Shown here piece by piece: positions 29,022-38,178 of a stretch of 55,671 bases of DNA. The translations under genes were made by a program, and so were the position numbers. The notes under the pieces are model-generated. The model saw only the letters and a list, made by a program, of their open reading frames with translations, did not search any database and was not told the DNA's origin. Origin of the DNA: Arcicella sp. (GTDB lineage Bacteria > Bacteroidota > Bacteroidia > Cytophagales > Spirosomataceae); the NCBI GenBank assembly GCA_025356745.1, contig JANXRS010000172.1, forward strand, positions 1-55,671, read 5' to 3'. Within the stretch, counting starts at the first letter, position 1, and every line of letters starts with the position of its first letter.

Positions 29022-29507
29022 TTAATCTGCTCTATTTATTGCTGGGATTCTTTCTGCGTAAATTACTTTTACTGTGTCGCCGAATTTAAGATTCATATTG
29101 TAATTCTTTGATTCGAATTGTTCATTTTTTCTTGTCTGAAACTTTACTAAATTATAGTTTGACCTTTTTAAACGAGCCTTTTTAAAAATGACTCCCGAAG
29201 TAGTTATTCCATGACTTTTTAATTGATTTTCTTCAAACGTATCCACTAAAGTCATAAATCCAATCGTACAGGAGACCGAAATAAATAAATTAGCGACTGA
29301 GTTCCAATCGAATTGATTGATAGTTTTTGATTCTTTAAAAAATTTGCGAGAAATTAAATATGAACCTATAAATATTAAACCATCTCCTATAATTACGATA
29401 AAAGAATATAGATTATCTTGGAAAATATAAGTTTCAATTCCAATAATTAGAATGAGTAATACAAGAAAAGATATAATCGTTAAGGTAGTTTCAAGGCTTT
29501 GTTTCAT
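29022..29507 (-). CDS. Hypothetical membrane protein (3 TM plus small soluble C-terminal domain)
   Basis: 161-aa ORF that fills the rsmA-mgtE gap on the same strand. Confidence 0.6.
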   Translation of the reverse strand: MKQSLETTLTIISFLVLLILIIGIETYIFQDNLYSFIVIIGDGLIFIGSYLISRKFFKESKTINQFDWNSVANLFISVSCTIGFMTLVDTFEENQLKSHGITTSGVIFKKARLKRSNYNLVKFQTRKNEQFESKNYNMNLKFGDTVKVIYAERIPAINRAD

Positions 29508-29543
29508 AGTAGTAATAATATGGAATTTTTAAAATAATTTAGT

Positions 29544-30353
29544 TCAAATATTCTCATCCAAACTTTCCAGAGCAATCTCATTCGACAATTTCACGTCCAT
29601 CGCCATCTTGGTCAATTCCAAAAACTCCGCTACGCTCAACTGTTCAGCTCGTTTACTCATGTAGGGATTATCGGGTAATTGAAGGGCTTTCAACGCATTC
29701 CGAAGCGTTTTTCGTCTTTGGTTAAAGCCCATTTTTACGACCGCTTTAAACATACTTTCAGAGACTCCTAAATCCGTTACATTATTTCTTTTCAAACGAA
29801 TTACGCCCGAATTTACTTTTGGCGGTGGAGAAAATACTTCTGGTCCCAAAGAAAAACAGTATTCAATATCATAAAAAGCTTGTAATAAAACACTCAAAAT
29901 TCCATAATCTTTATTTCCTGGTTTTGAGGCAATTCTCACGGCAACTTCTTTCTGAAACATTCCTGCAACTTCGGGTACAAAGTCTTTGTAATCCAGCACT
30001 TTAAACAATATTTGCGATGAAATATTATAGGGAAAATTTCCTACAATACCGAATTTTTGTCCTTTAAAAAAAGTCTCCAAGTTCAAGTGCAAAAAATCTG
30101 CCGAATGAATTCTACCCTTTAATACTGGATAATGGATATTCAAATATTCCACCGATTCACGGTCAAGTTCAACTACATCAGTCTGATATTCAGTATGTTG
30201 TAAAAGATATTGTGTTAAAACACCCATGCCTGGGCCTATCTCTAAAACTTGGTCGTAATTACCATGCCTTGACATTAAATCTGCTATTTTTTTTGCTGCC
30301 TCCAAATCCCGTAGAAAATGCTGCCCTAAACTCTTTTTTGCCCTAACGTCCAT
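29544..30353 (-). CDS. rsmA: 16S rRNA m6,2A1518/1519 dimethyltransferase (KsgA)
   Basis: KKSLGQHFL, VLEIGPGMG, GNFPYNISS, FSPPPKV and FNQRRKTLRN motifs. Confidence 0.96.
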   Translation of the reverse strand: MDVRAKKSLGQHFLRDLEAAKKIADLMSRHGNYDQVLEIGPGMGVLTQYLLQHTEYQTDVVELDRESVEYLNIHYPVLKGRIHSADFLHLNLETFFKGQKFGIVGNFPYNISSQILFKVLDYKDFVPEVAGMFQKEVAVRIASKPGNKDYGILSVLLQAFYDIEYCFSLGPEVFSPPPKVNSGVIRLKRNNVTDLGVSESMFKAVVKMGFNQRRKTLRNALKALQLPDNPYMSKRAEQLSVAEFLELTKMAMDVKLSNEIALESLDENI

Positions 30354-30359
30354 TTATTT

Positions 30360-30530
30360 CAGTTATCAGTTAATAGTAAACAGGTAACAATTATTTGCGT
30401 AAAATACCGCCGATTGCTTCCATTTATGCCTTAAAATTACGTCGAATTTTGTACTTTTAGCCTAAATTTTGAAATTAACTTAGCCATTCATTCCCCAACT
30501 GACAATAAATAACTAATAACCGATTACTAA
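30360..30530. repeat. Degenerate heptamer repeats in opposite orientations across the rsmA/kinase divergent region
   Basis: AGTTATC AGTTAAT AGTAAAC AGGTAAC near 30361 and CAATAAA TAACTAA TAACCGA TTACTAA near 30503-30530. Confidence 0.5.
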
Positions 30531-30531
30531 A

Positions 30532-33500
30532 ATGCGTTGGACTCATAAAACAAAGGAAGATTTAATCTCTGAAATTCGTCATCTTAAAAAGGAATTGCGG
30601 GTGTTGGAAGTCAATGAACGAGCGGGAGAAATGCCTCTATCGATGGCTTCTGAATTAGAAAAAACGGTTGAAAATCTCAACTTAATTGGCATTGTTTTAG
30701 AAGAAAATGGCACCATTACTTTTTGTAATACTTTTGCTCTTAAGATATTAGGCTATACCTTAGAAGAAATGATTGGCAAAAATTTCTTTGACGTGATTGT
30801 CCCCGTTGAAGAAAGAGAAAGACGGATAAAATCATTCAAAGATGCCATGGAAAAAGGGGGCTTGTTTGAAGAAAAAGAACGGACGATGCTCACAAAATCT
30901 AATCAAATTAGGTTTGTTGAACTCAATTCTACAATTTTCAATGATGCCACCGAAGAGACTAGATATTTGACTGTTATTGGTGAGGATGTAACCGAACGCC
31001 GTAAGGTTTCAGAAGCCTTAGCTCGAACCAATTCCCAACTTCAAGACATTATCAACAATACCTCCGATTTGATTCAATTAATCAGTATGTCGGGACGTTT
31101 TTTATACGTCAACAAAGCATGGTTAGAAATTACGGGTTACGAATCTGATGAATTGGCAAGTTTACGTTTGAAAGACGTTTTGCACCCTGATTTTGCGGAA
31201 GAGGCACTAATAAAGTTTGATAAAATAAAAAATGGTGAAAAGATTGCCGATTTTGAAGTTGTTTTCCGAAGAAAAGATGGAAGGCGATTGTATCTCTCTG
31301 GTTCTGTAAATTGCCGTTATGACAAAGAAACTCCAACTGCCTATCGGTGTATTTTTCATAATTCTACGGCGAAAGTAAGAGCGGAAAGGTCTTCAAATTT
31401 ATATTCTAATATTGCCCAAGCTACGATTCGCTCCACTAATTTAGATGATTTATACGTTAATATTCACCAAGAATTAGGCAAAGTAATTGACGTTAAAAAC
31501 TTTTTTATTGCTCAATACGATTCCGCAAAATCATATCTTTATTTCCCCTATTACATTGACGAATACTTTGATAGTCGTGTCCATTTTACCAAAAGAAAAT
31601 TAGGAAATGGATTGACAGAATATGCCATTGCTGCCAATAAACCCTTGATTCTCAGGGATGAAGATATTTATAAATTAGCAGAAGATAAAACGATTTATCT
31701 CTACGGAGTCGTACCAAAAGTAATGATTTGTGTGCCATTACGGATTGGCAATAAAGTTACAGGAATCATTGGTTTGAAGTCTTATGAACGCCAAAATAAG
31801 TATGAACAACGAGATTTAGAACTATTGGATTTTATTTCGGGGCAAGTTGCTCTTGCCATTGCTCGCAAACAAGCAGAAGATATGCTCGCCCGTGAAACAG
31901 CCCGATTAACGGCGATTATTGAAGGAAGTTCTCACTTGATGTGGTCGGTGAATCGTAGAATGGCCATAACTTCTTTCAATCAAGAATATTCGCAACTCAT
32001 TGAAAATCAATTGGGAATAAAACCTCAATTAGCATTCAGCACCGAAAAAACAGGTTTTAGAATGGTTTCTCAGACGGATAGAAAAGTGTTGGAAAGAAAA
32101 TATAGAGAAGCATTTAAGGGAGAACAACAACATTTTGAAATACAATTGGACTCAACCGATGGAGAGGAAAAATGGGTGGAAGTTTATCTGAACCCCATCA
32201 AAAATAATGGAAATATTGAGGAGGTTTCGGGGATTGGTCGGGATATAACAAATTTAAAAAAATACCAGCAAGACATCGTTAAAGCCAAAGACGAAGCCGA
32301 ACGTTCGTTAAAAGTGAAAGAACGGTTTTTAGCAAATATGAGTCATGAAATCCGTACACCCATGAATGGGGTTATCGGTATGATTGATTTAATGATTGAT
32401 ACGCCTCTGAATGACGAACAAAAAGACTATGTTCAAACGATTAGGAAATCATCCGAAACATTACTTCATATTTTAAATGACATTTTGGATTTAGCAAAAA
32501 TTGAAGCAGGCAAAATGGCACTTAATGAAGCTCCATTGGTTTTCAAGGATATTTTTGATAGATTACAATCACTTTTCAATCAAGTGGCAAGTGCGAAAAA
32601 CAACAAAATTGTCTGTGAATTTGATGACAATTTGCCTGAGTTTGTTATTGCGGATGAAACTCGTTTGTTGCAAATTCTTTCAAATCTTACATCTAACGCT
32701 TTAAAATTTACGGAGAATGGGATTATCAGAATCAAAGTATTTTTAGTAGAAAAAAGAGGAAAATTTAATCGGATTAAAGTTGAGATTATTGATTCTGGAA
32801 TTGGAATAACGGAGGAGAATCTAAAAATACTCTTCAACGCTTTTCAACAAGTTGATAATTCTACGAAAAAATCTTTCGGCGGAACGGGTTTGGGCTTAGC
32901 AATTTCTAAAGAATTATGCCGAATGATGAAAGGCGAAATTGGCGTAACTTCCGAGTGGGGAAAGGGTTCAACGTTCTGGTTTACAATTGAAATAAAACAA
33001 ACCGATATCAGCCCAATGATGTCGAAAAAGGATGAACCAGTTTATAAAGTTCTTAACCATTTTGATACCTATCATCCTTATTTATTGGTTGTGGATGATA
33101 ATGCAACCAATAGAAAAGTGGCCAGTGAAATTCTTAGAAAGTCAGGTTGTAAGGTCATTACGACAGATTCTGGACAAAAAGCCATCAATTTAGTAAAAGA
33201 TTCAATCTTAGACAAACCCTTTGATATTATTTTTATGGATATTCAAATGCCTGAAATGGATGGTATTGAAACAACCCAAATTTTGCGAGATACCCATATA
33301 AATTTACCTCCAATTATTGCTATGACCGCCTACGCTATGAAGGAAGACAGGGACAGATTTATGGCAAACGGTATGAACGATTATGTACCAAAACCCATTA
33401 GAGCGGAGACTTTAGTGAGAAAAGTTGCGGAATGGATAAGTCGTAAGATGCTAGTTAGCAATGAACAGTCGGGTGGCATTCCGCTACCAATTAGTAAGGA

Positions 33501-33960
33501 ACCATTAGAAGTTAATAGTGAAGAATTACCAGTAAACAATAATCAGTTACTAATAACTAATCATGAAACGGCACTCGACCACTCACCAGTAACCAATTTT
33601 TATGAACTTGATAAATATCAAATTCTAGATTCCAAAGTTCTGAAGCAACTTTCCGATAGTGTGGGTGGAGATATGGGTTTTGTTAACTCAATCTTACAAG
33701 GGTTTGAGGAGGAAGCAACGGAACAGATTCAAAATACCATTGAAGGTTATAAAATCAATAATTGCAAGCAAGTACAAGGAGAATTACATACTTTAAAAGG
33801 AAATGCAGGAACTCTAGGAGCAATGCGTTTACACGAAATAACAAAAATAATTGAAGATAAAGCCAAGCATTGTGATTTTCAACTATTTGATATTGAGATT
33901 ATTATACTTAAAGAAGAATTTGAGACTTTTAAAAAGGAGTTACTAAAAAGGAACACATGA
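30532..33960 (+). CDS. Cytoplasmic hybrid sensor histidine kinase (PAS-PAS-GAF-PAS-HisKA-HATPase-REC-Hpt)
   Basis: FLANMSHEIRTP H-box, NALKFT, DSGIGI, GGTGLGL, MDIQMPEMDG and LHTLKGNAG; no TM segments evident. Confidence 0.92.
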   Translation: MRWTHKTKEDLISEIRHLKKELRVLEVNERAGEMPLSMASELEKTVENLNLIGIVLEENGTITFCNTFALKILGYTLEEMIGKNFFDVIVPVEERERRIKSFKDAMEKGGLFEEKERTMLTKSNQIRFVELNSTIFNDATEETRYLTVIGEDVTERRKVSEALARTNSQLQDIINNTSDLIQLISMSGRFLYVNKAWLEITGYESDELASLRLKDVLHPDFAEEALIKFDKIKNGEKIADFEVVFRRKDGRRLYLSGSVNCRYDKETPTAYRCIFHNSTAKVRAERSSNLYSNIAQATIRSTNLDDLYVNIHQELGKVIDVKNFFIAQYDSAKSYLYFPYYIDEYFDSRVHFTKRKLGNGLTEYAIAANKPLILRDEDIYKLAEDKTIYLYGVVPKVMICVPLRIGNKVTGIIGLKSYERQNKYEQRDLELLDFISGQVALAIARKQAEDMLARETARLTAIIEGSSHLMWSVNRRMAITSFNQEYSQLIENQLGIKPQLAFSTEKTGFRMVSQTDRKVLERKYREAFKGEQQHFEIQLDSTDGEEKWVEVYLNPIKNNGNIEEVSGIGRDITNLKKYQQDIVKAKDEAERSLKVKERFLANMSHEIRTPMNGVIGMIDLMIDTPLNDEQKDYVQTIRKSSETLLHILNDILDLAKIEAGKMALNEAPLVFKDIFDRLQSLFNQVASAKNNKIVCEFDDNLPEFVIADETRLLQILSNLTSNALKFTENGIIRIKVFLVEKRGKFNRIKVEIIDSGIGITEENLKILFNAFQQVDNSTKKSFGGTGLGLAISKELCRMMKGEIGVTSEWGKGSTFWFTIEIKQTDISPMMSKKDEPVYKVLNHFDTYHPYLLVVDDNATNRKVASEILRKSGCKVITTDSGQKAINLVKDSILDKPFDIIFMDIQMPEMDGIETTQILRDTHINLPPIIAMTAYAMKEDRDRFMANGMNDYVPKPIRAETLVRKVAEWISRKMLVSNEQSGGIPLPISKEPLEVNSEELPVNNNQLLITNHETALDHSPVTNFYELDKYQILDSKVLKQLSDSVGGDMGFVNSILQGFEEEATEQIQNTIEGYKINNCKQVQGELHTLKGNAGTLGAMRLHEITKIIEDKAKHCDFQLFDIEIIILKEEFETFKKELLKRNT

Positions 33961-34036
33961 TTTTAAGCAGAATTGAGAAGAATAAGGGAAGGTTGATGTT
34001 AAAAAATAAGCTGTTTTATTAATTTCCATTTGATTC

Positions 34037-34069
34037 GTTGTGAGACAGAACGCCGCCCCGTCCCACAAC
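34037..34069. repeat. REP-like GC-rich palindrome
   Basis: Minus strand GTTGTGGGACGGGGC-ggc-GTTCTGTCTCACAAC: 15 pairs including 4 G-U. Confidence 0.5.
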
Positions 34070-34094
34070 TTACGAAATAAATTAATAGATTTGT

Positions 34095-34225
34095 TGAAAT
34101 AAGGGGTATAACTTGGCGGGTTATACCCCATTCGCTACGATTTATTGGCGGTAAATCATAACCTCAATGCCAGTTTTAGGGGATACTTTAAAACTGCTGA
34201 ACTAAACCCCAATATGTAACATAAT
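34095..34225 (-). ncRNA. Candidate structured small RNA (three hairpins, two with an identical CCGCCAA loop)
   Basis: TAGTTTTG -7 box at 34230-34237 (minus); stems at 34171-34196, 34134-34162 (U-G pairs favour the minus strand) and 34103-34129, followed by TTATTTC. No family recognised. Confidence 0.55.
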
Positions 34226-34531
34226 AATACAAAACTAGCAAAATTTTCGATATTTATAAAATATATCACAAGAATCAAAACAATATTTACAGCATACATC
34301 TGCATAATTCTCCGCAAAAATGATAAATTAAATCCATTCCTCCAAGCAAATATTTATATAATTTTTACATTTAAAAAATAAATTTTCTGCTATTCACAAG
34401 AGCAGTCTATAAATTGCTGATAATCAAACAGTTAAAATTATTTTAGGAAATTTTAAATTAGTACATGACAGAGAATCATGAAAGATATACTAAATTGGAG
34501 AACGAAATAAATCCTCAAAATCAATTCAAAA

Positions 34532-35749
34532 ATGAAAATAACCACTCGTATTCAATTAATGGTCATGATGTTTCTGATGTTTTTTACGTGGGGAGCATGG
34601 TATGGACAAATGGGAAAATATCTTTTTACAACCCTCAAAGCCTCAGGAGACCAAATTGGTAGCGCTTATGCCACATTTTCAATCGCTTCAATCATTGCCC
34701 CATTTTTTATTGGAATGATTGCTGATCGCTTCTTTTCAGCTCAAAAAGTTATGGGCGTATTAAATCTGCTTGGTGCAGGAATCTTATATTTATTAATTCA
34801 AAATCAAAATCCTGACGTTTTCTTTTGGTATATTTTAGCTTATACGTTAACTTTTGCCCCTAATCTGGCTTTGTCTAGTTCAATTGCCATGAATCAAATG
34901 AATGACCCTGGCAAAGAATTTCCTGCTATTCGAGTTCTAGGAACAATTGCTTGGATTATCGTTACAAATATTATTGGTTTTTATGGATTAGGTGATAAAA
35001 TTGCTATTTATCAAATTGCCATGTTTACTTCGATTGCTTGGGGATTATTTTCTTTCACCTTACCAGACACGCCCCCTAAAGCAACGGGAAAAGCAACGAT
35101 TTCTCAGATTTTGGGTACGGATGCTTTCGTACTTTTCAAAGACCGCTCATTTCTAATCTTCTTTATTTCTTCAGTACTGGTTTGTATTCCTTTGGCATTT
35201 TATTATGCTCATGCTAATTTATCTTTAACGGAGTCAAACATGACCAATGTTGAAAATAAAATGTCACTTGGACAAGCTTCTGAAGTACTTTTCATGTTAT
35301 TGATTCCTTTTGCTTTACAACGATTTGGCATAAAAAAAATGCTTATTGTAGGGTTGATTGCTTGGATAATTCGTTTCTTATGTTTCGGATATGGTAATGG
35401 AATTTCAACAGAATGGATTTTATATTTAGCCATTATTCTGCACGGAGTATGTTATGATTTCTTTTTTGTAACGGGTCAAATTTATACCGATAATAAGGCT
35501 GGTGACAAAATCAAAAGCTCTGCTCAAGGACTTATTACACTGGCAACCTATGGAATAGGCTTAGGTATTGGCTCAAAATTATCAGGAATCGTGTTAGATA
35601 AATATACTTTTACAGATACATCGGGTGTAGTTACTCACAATTGGAATGGCGTTTGGATGATTCCAGCAGGGATTTCGGCAGTGGTTTTAGTATTATTTAT
35701 TGTATTTTTTAAGGAAAATAATACTAAAACAATGAATGTTAAACAATAA
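34532..35749 (+). CDS. MFS nucleoside:H+ symporter family permease (NupG/XapB-like)
   Basis: FFTWGAW, GMIADRFF, FPAIRVLGTIAW, GQASE and LHGVCYDFF motifs. Confidence 0.85.
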   Translation: MKITTRIQLMVMMFLMFFTWGAWYGQMGKYLFTTLKASGDQIGSAYATFSIASIIAPFFIGMIADRFFSAQKVMGVLNLLGAGILYLLIQNQNPDVFFWYILAYTLTFAPNLALSSSIAMNQMNDPGKEFPAIRVLGTIAWIIVTNIIGFYGLGDKIAIYQIAMFTSIAWGLFSFTLPDTPPKATGKATISQILGTDAFVLFKDRSFLIFFISSVLVCIPLAFYYAHANLSLTESNMTNVENKMSLGQASEVLFMLLIPFALQRFGIKKMLIVGLIAWIIRFLCFGYGNGISTEWILYLAIILHGVCYDFFFVTGQIYTDNKAGDKIKSSAQGLITLATYGIGLGIGSKLSGIVLDKYTFTDTSGVVTHNWNGVWMIPAGISAVVLVLFIVFFKENNTKTMNVKQ

Positions 35750-35891
35750 ACTTTTTCTACCAAGAAGTTAGTAATTTCTAACTAAAATTAAGTAGGTAGA
35801 ATATAAGTCATACCAATTATTAAATTTTATTTTCATCATTAAATTGCTTACAGCATGAAACTCATCGCTCAAAGCTTAACTCTAAATAATT

Positions 35892-37097
35892 ATGGCAAAA
35901 GTTTGTATTCTTGGTGGGGGATTTATCGGAAGATTTTACGCCGATTCTTTACACGGACAACGTGGGCGTGACCGTGTCGAAGTAGTTTATGCCCGAAAAG
36001 AAGAAACGGCAAAACGTTTTGCATCGGATTATTCCATTCCAAATTTCACAACTTCTATGGAAGAAGCAATTGCTCATTCAGAAACCGAGGTTGTTGTAAT
36101 TGCCCTTCCAAATCATATTCATGAAGAAGCTGTGATGCTTTGCATAAAACATAAAAAAGCAGTTTTATGCACTAAACCTTTAGGACGAACTGCCGAAGAA
36201 GCACTTCGTATGACCAAGGCTTGTGAAGAAGCAGGGGTTTTTGGCGGATATTTAGAAGACCTTTGTTATACGCCTAAATTCTTAAAATCTCTTCAAAGTG
36301 TAAAAGATGGAGCAATCGGCAGAGTTTTATGGGCAAAATCCCGTGAAACTCATCCTGGACCACATTCCGATTGGTTTTGGAATATTGAAATGGCAGGCGG
36401 CGGGGCAATTCTCGATTTGGGTTGTCATTGCATTGAAATTGCCAGAAACTTTATTGGTAAAGACATTAAACCAGTTGAGGTAATGTGTTGGGCAGATACG
36501 CAAGTGAAACCCATTGATGCTGAAGACCATGCTATTGGTTTGGTAAAATATGAAAACGGAGCAATTGGTCAATTTGAAGTTTCGTGGACATTTCGTGGAG
36601 GTATGGATTTACGGGACGAAGTGATGGGAACGGAAGGTACAATTTGGACAAATTCATTCCTTCGTACTGGTTTTGAGATGTTTACAACAGGTAAAGGTGA
36701 AGGTGGCTATGTTTCAGAAAAAGCCGAATCCTCTACGGGTTGGTTATTTCCAGTAGGCGATGAAGCTCATGAGTTGGGTTATACGCACATGTTTACGGAT
36801 ATGTTCAACGCTATCGAAGAAGGTCGTTTACCACAAGAATCTTTCTATGATGGATACGTGGTTAATTCAATTATTGATGCTGCTTATAAATCCGCCAAAA
36901 CAAAATTGTGGGAACCTGTGTATCTTCCAGAATGGCGTGGACAAGTGGGAGTTGAAAAGCCGTCCGTCTATCAAGAATATGATGCTGACCATTGGTTTAT
37001 CAAGGATGAAATTCTATCAAATGGTGATACGAAAGTCATTTTAAAGAAAAAAGAGACAGGAGAGATTATTGAAATTGAAAAATTAAATATAAAATAA
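35892..37097 (+). CDS. Gfo/Idh/MocA family oxidoreductase
   Basis: GGGFIG Rossmann motif, LPNHIH, VLCTKP and [11 protein letters not shown]. Confidence 0.9.
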   Translation: MAKVCILGGGFIGRFYADSLHGQRGRDRVEVVYARKEETAKRFASDYSIPNFTTSMEEAIAHSETEVVVIALPNHIHEEAVMLCIKHKKAVLCTKPLGRTAEEALRMTKACEEAGVFGGYLEDLCYTPKFLKSLQSVKDGAIGRVLWAKSRETHPGPHSDWFWNIEMAGGGAILDLGCHCIEIARNFIGKDIKPVEVMCWADTQVKPIDAEDHAIGLVKYENGAIGQFEVSWTFRGGMDLRDEVMGTEGTIWTNSFLRTGFEMFTTGKGEGGYVSEKAESSTGWLFPVGDEAHELGYTHMFTDMFNAIEEGRLPQESFYDGYVVNSIIDAAYKSAKTKLWEPVYLPEWRGQVGVEKPSVYQEYDADHWFIKDEILSNGDTKVILKKKETGEIIEIEKLNIK

Positions 37098-37149
37098 GTC
37101 ATCGTTAGACTATAAATTTACAACAAATTACTTATAATTTTAAAGTTAC

Positions 37150-37183
37150 AGAAGTCATGCAAATTAACAATTGCATGACTTCT
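37150..37183. terminator. Probable bidirectional terminator
   Basis: AGAAGTCATGCAA (37150-37162) / TTGCATGACTTCT (37171-37183), between convergent genes. Confidence 0.7.
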
Positions 37184-37260
37184 TTCGTAACTATCATATA
37201 CGTAAATTAGTTTACTTAATATAATCTTAACTTAACAGTATTATAAATGCTAAAATTGTA

Positions 37261-37518
37261 TTATTCAGGATGAAGAGTTTCGACTTGATTATTCTTTTCC
37301 TTAGCTTTAGAAGCGATTTGTTCAATAAGTTCAGTTAATTTCAAATCTGAAGAACGGAGTTTGAATACATTATCCATTAATCTTGCACCCTTTAAACTAT
37401 CGTATTCAGATGCAATGATAATAATTTGTTGTCTCCAATTATTAGGAAGAAATATCTTACAGGATTTTATCCTATTTTTAAGTATTTCAGACGTTTTTTT
37501 TAAATCTTTTAGTGGCAT
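37261..37518 (-). CDS. Hypothetical small basic protein, divergent from an XRE regulator
   Basis: 85-aa ATG ORF with plausible helical composition, an upstream TAGTTTTG box (37678-37685, minus) and a downstream hairpin. Confidence 0.65.
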   Translation of the reverse strand: MPLKDLKKTSEILKNRIKSCKIFLPNNWRQQIIIIASEYDSLKGARLMDNVFKLRSSDLKLTELIEQIASKAKEKNNQVETLHPE

Positions 37519-37534
37519 ATAGCTGTAAAATAAT

Positions 37535-37685
37535 TATATTTGTGTCTAACAATTTATGTTAGGTATAAATGTTGCCTCTATAAAAATAATTTTAGGCTAA
37601 TGGTTCTAATTAAATAATAAAAAAAACTTTAACTGCTTATAAAACGATTTTTTTTTTCAAAAAGTCACACAATAATACAAAACTA
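37535..37685. promoter_or_regulatory. Face-to-face promoter pair with a candidate operator
   Basis: TATATTTG (+, 37535-37542) followed by CTAACA-N5-TGTTAG (37546-37562); TAGTTTTG (-, 37678-37685). Confidence 0.4.
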
Positions 37686-37795
37686 TATTTATCAGAGTAT
37701 AGCTCAAAATAAATACCAATGTTTTTATTGAAATTTATTTAAAAAAAGAACCTTATGTGTTTAATGAATAAATTTCCTTATCATTTTATTTAATC

Positions 37796-38116
37796 ATGAA
37801 TCGAATAGAAGACAAAATCAGAGTATTGGTTGCAGAAAGAGCAATAACTTTGCTCCAATTGGCAACTCAGTCTAAAATTACTGAAGCAACTTTACACGCA
37901 ATTTTAAATAGAAATGATGCAAAATATTCTCAATTACACAGGATTTCTGAAACATTGGGCATAAATGTTGCTTACCTTGTGGGTGAGACAACCATTAGAA
38001 ATATGTCGGTTGTGGAAGAACCTCGAACAGGATATGTAGCCATTAAGGCAGATGAAGTGATTGGTATGCAAAAACAAATTATTGATTTGCAGAGTAAATT
38101 ATTAAATAAAATATAA
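37796..38116 (+). CDS. XRE/Cro-C1 family helix-turn-helix regulator (no peptidase domain)
   Basis: IRVLVAERAITLLQLA.QSKITEATLHAILNRND...LHRISETLGINVAYLV HTH pattern; short coiled-coil-like tail. Confidence 0.8.
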   Translation: MNRIEDKIRVLVAERAITLLQLATQSKITEATLHAILNRNDAKYSQLHRISETLGINVAYLVGETTIRNMSVVEEPRTGYVAIKADEVIGMQKQIIDLQSKLLNKI

Positions 38117-38137
38117 TTGTAAAATTAGAATTTCAAT

Positions 38138-38178
38138 AAAAAAAAGGCGTGGAATATTATTTTCTATGCCTTTTTTTT
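38138..38178 (+). terminator. Terminator after the XRE gene
   Basis: A-tract, GGCGTGGAA / TTCTATGCC (G-U pairs on the plus strand), then a T-tract. Confidence 0.7.

Noticed and set aside
33943-34131. 62-aa minus-strand ORF in the kinase-permease gap
   Set aside because: Its start is buried in a strong hairpin, it overlaps the kinase 3' end and has no protein-like features; RNA structure explains the region better.
36241-36247. TTGGCGG in the oxidoreductase mRNA (also radA 40755-40761) as a target of the CCGCCAA loops
   Set aside because: Gly-Gly codons generate this 7-mer frequently and no extended pairing was seen.
37261-38116. Prophage or toxin-antitoxin call for the XRE pair
   Set aside because: No integrase, att site or structural genes are visible; the genes are divergent rather than an operon and no toxin motif was recognised.
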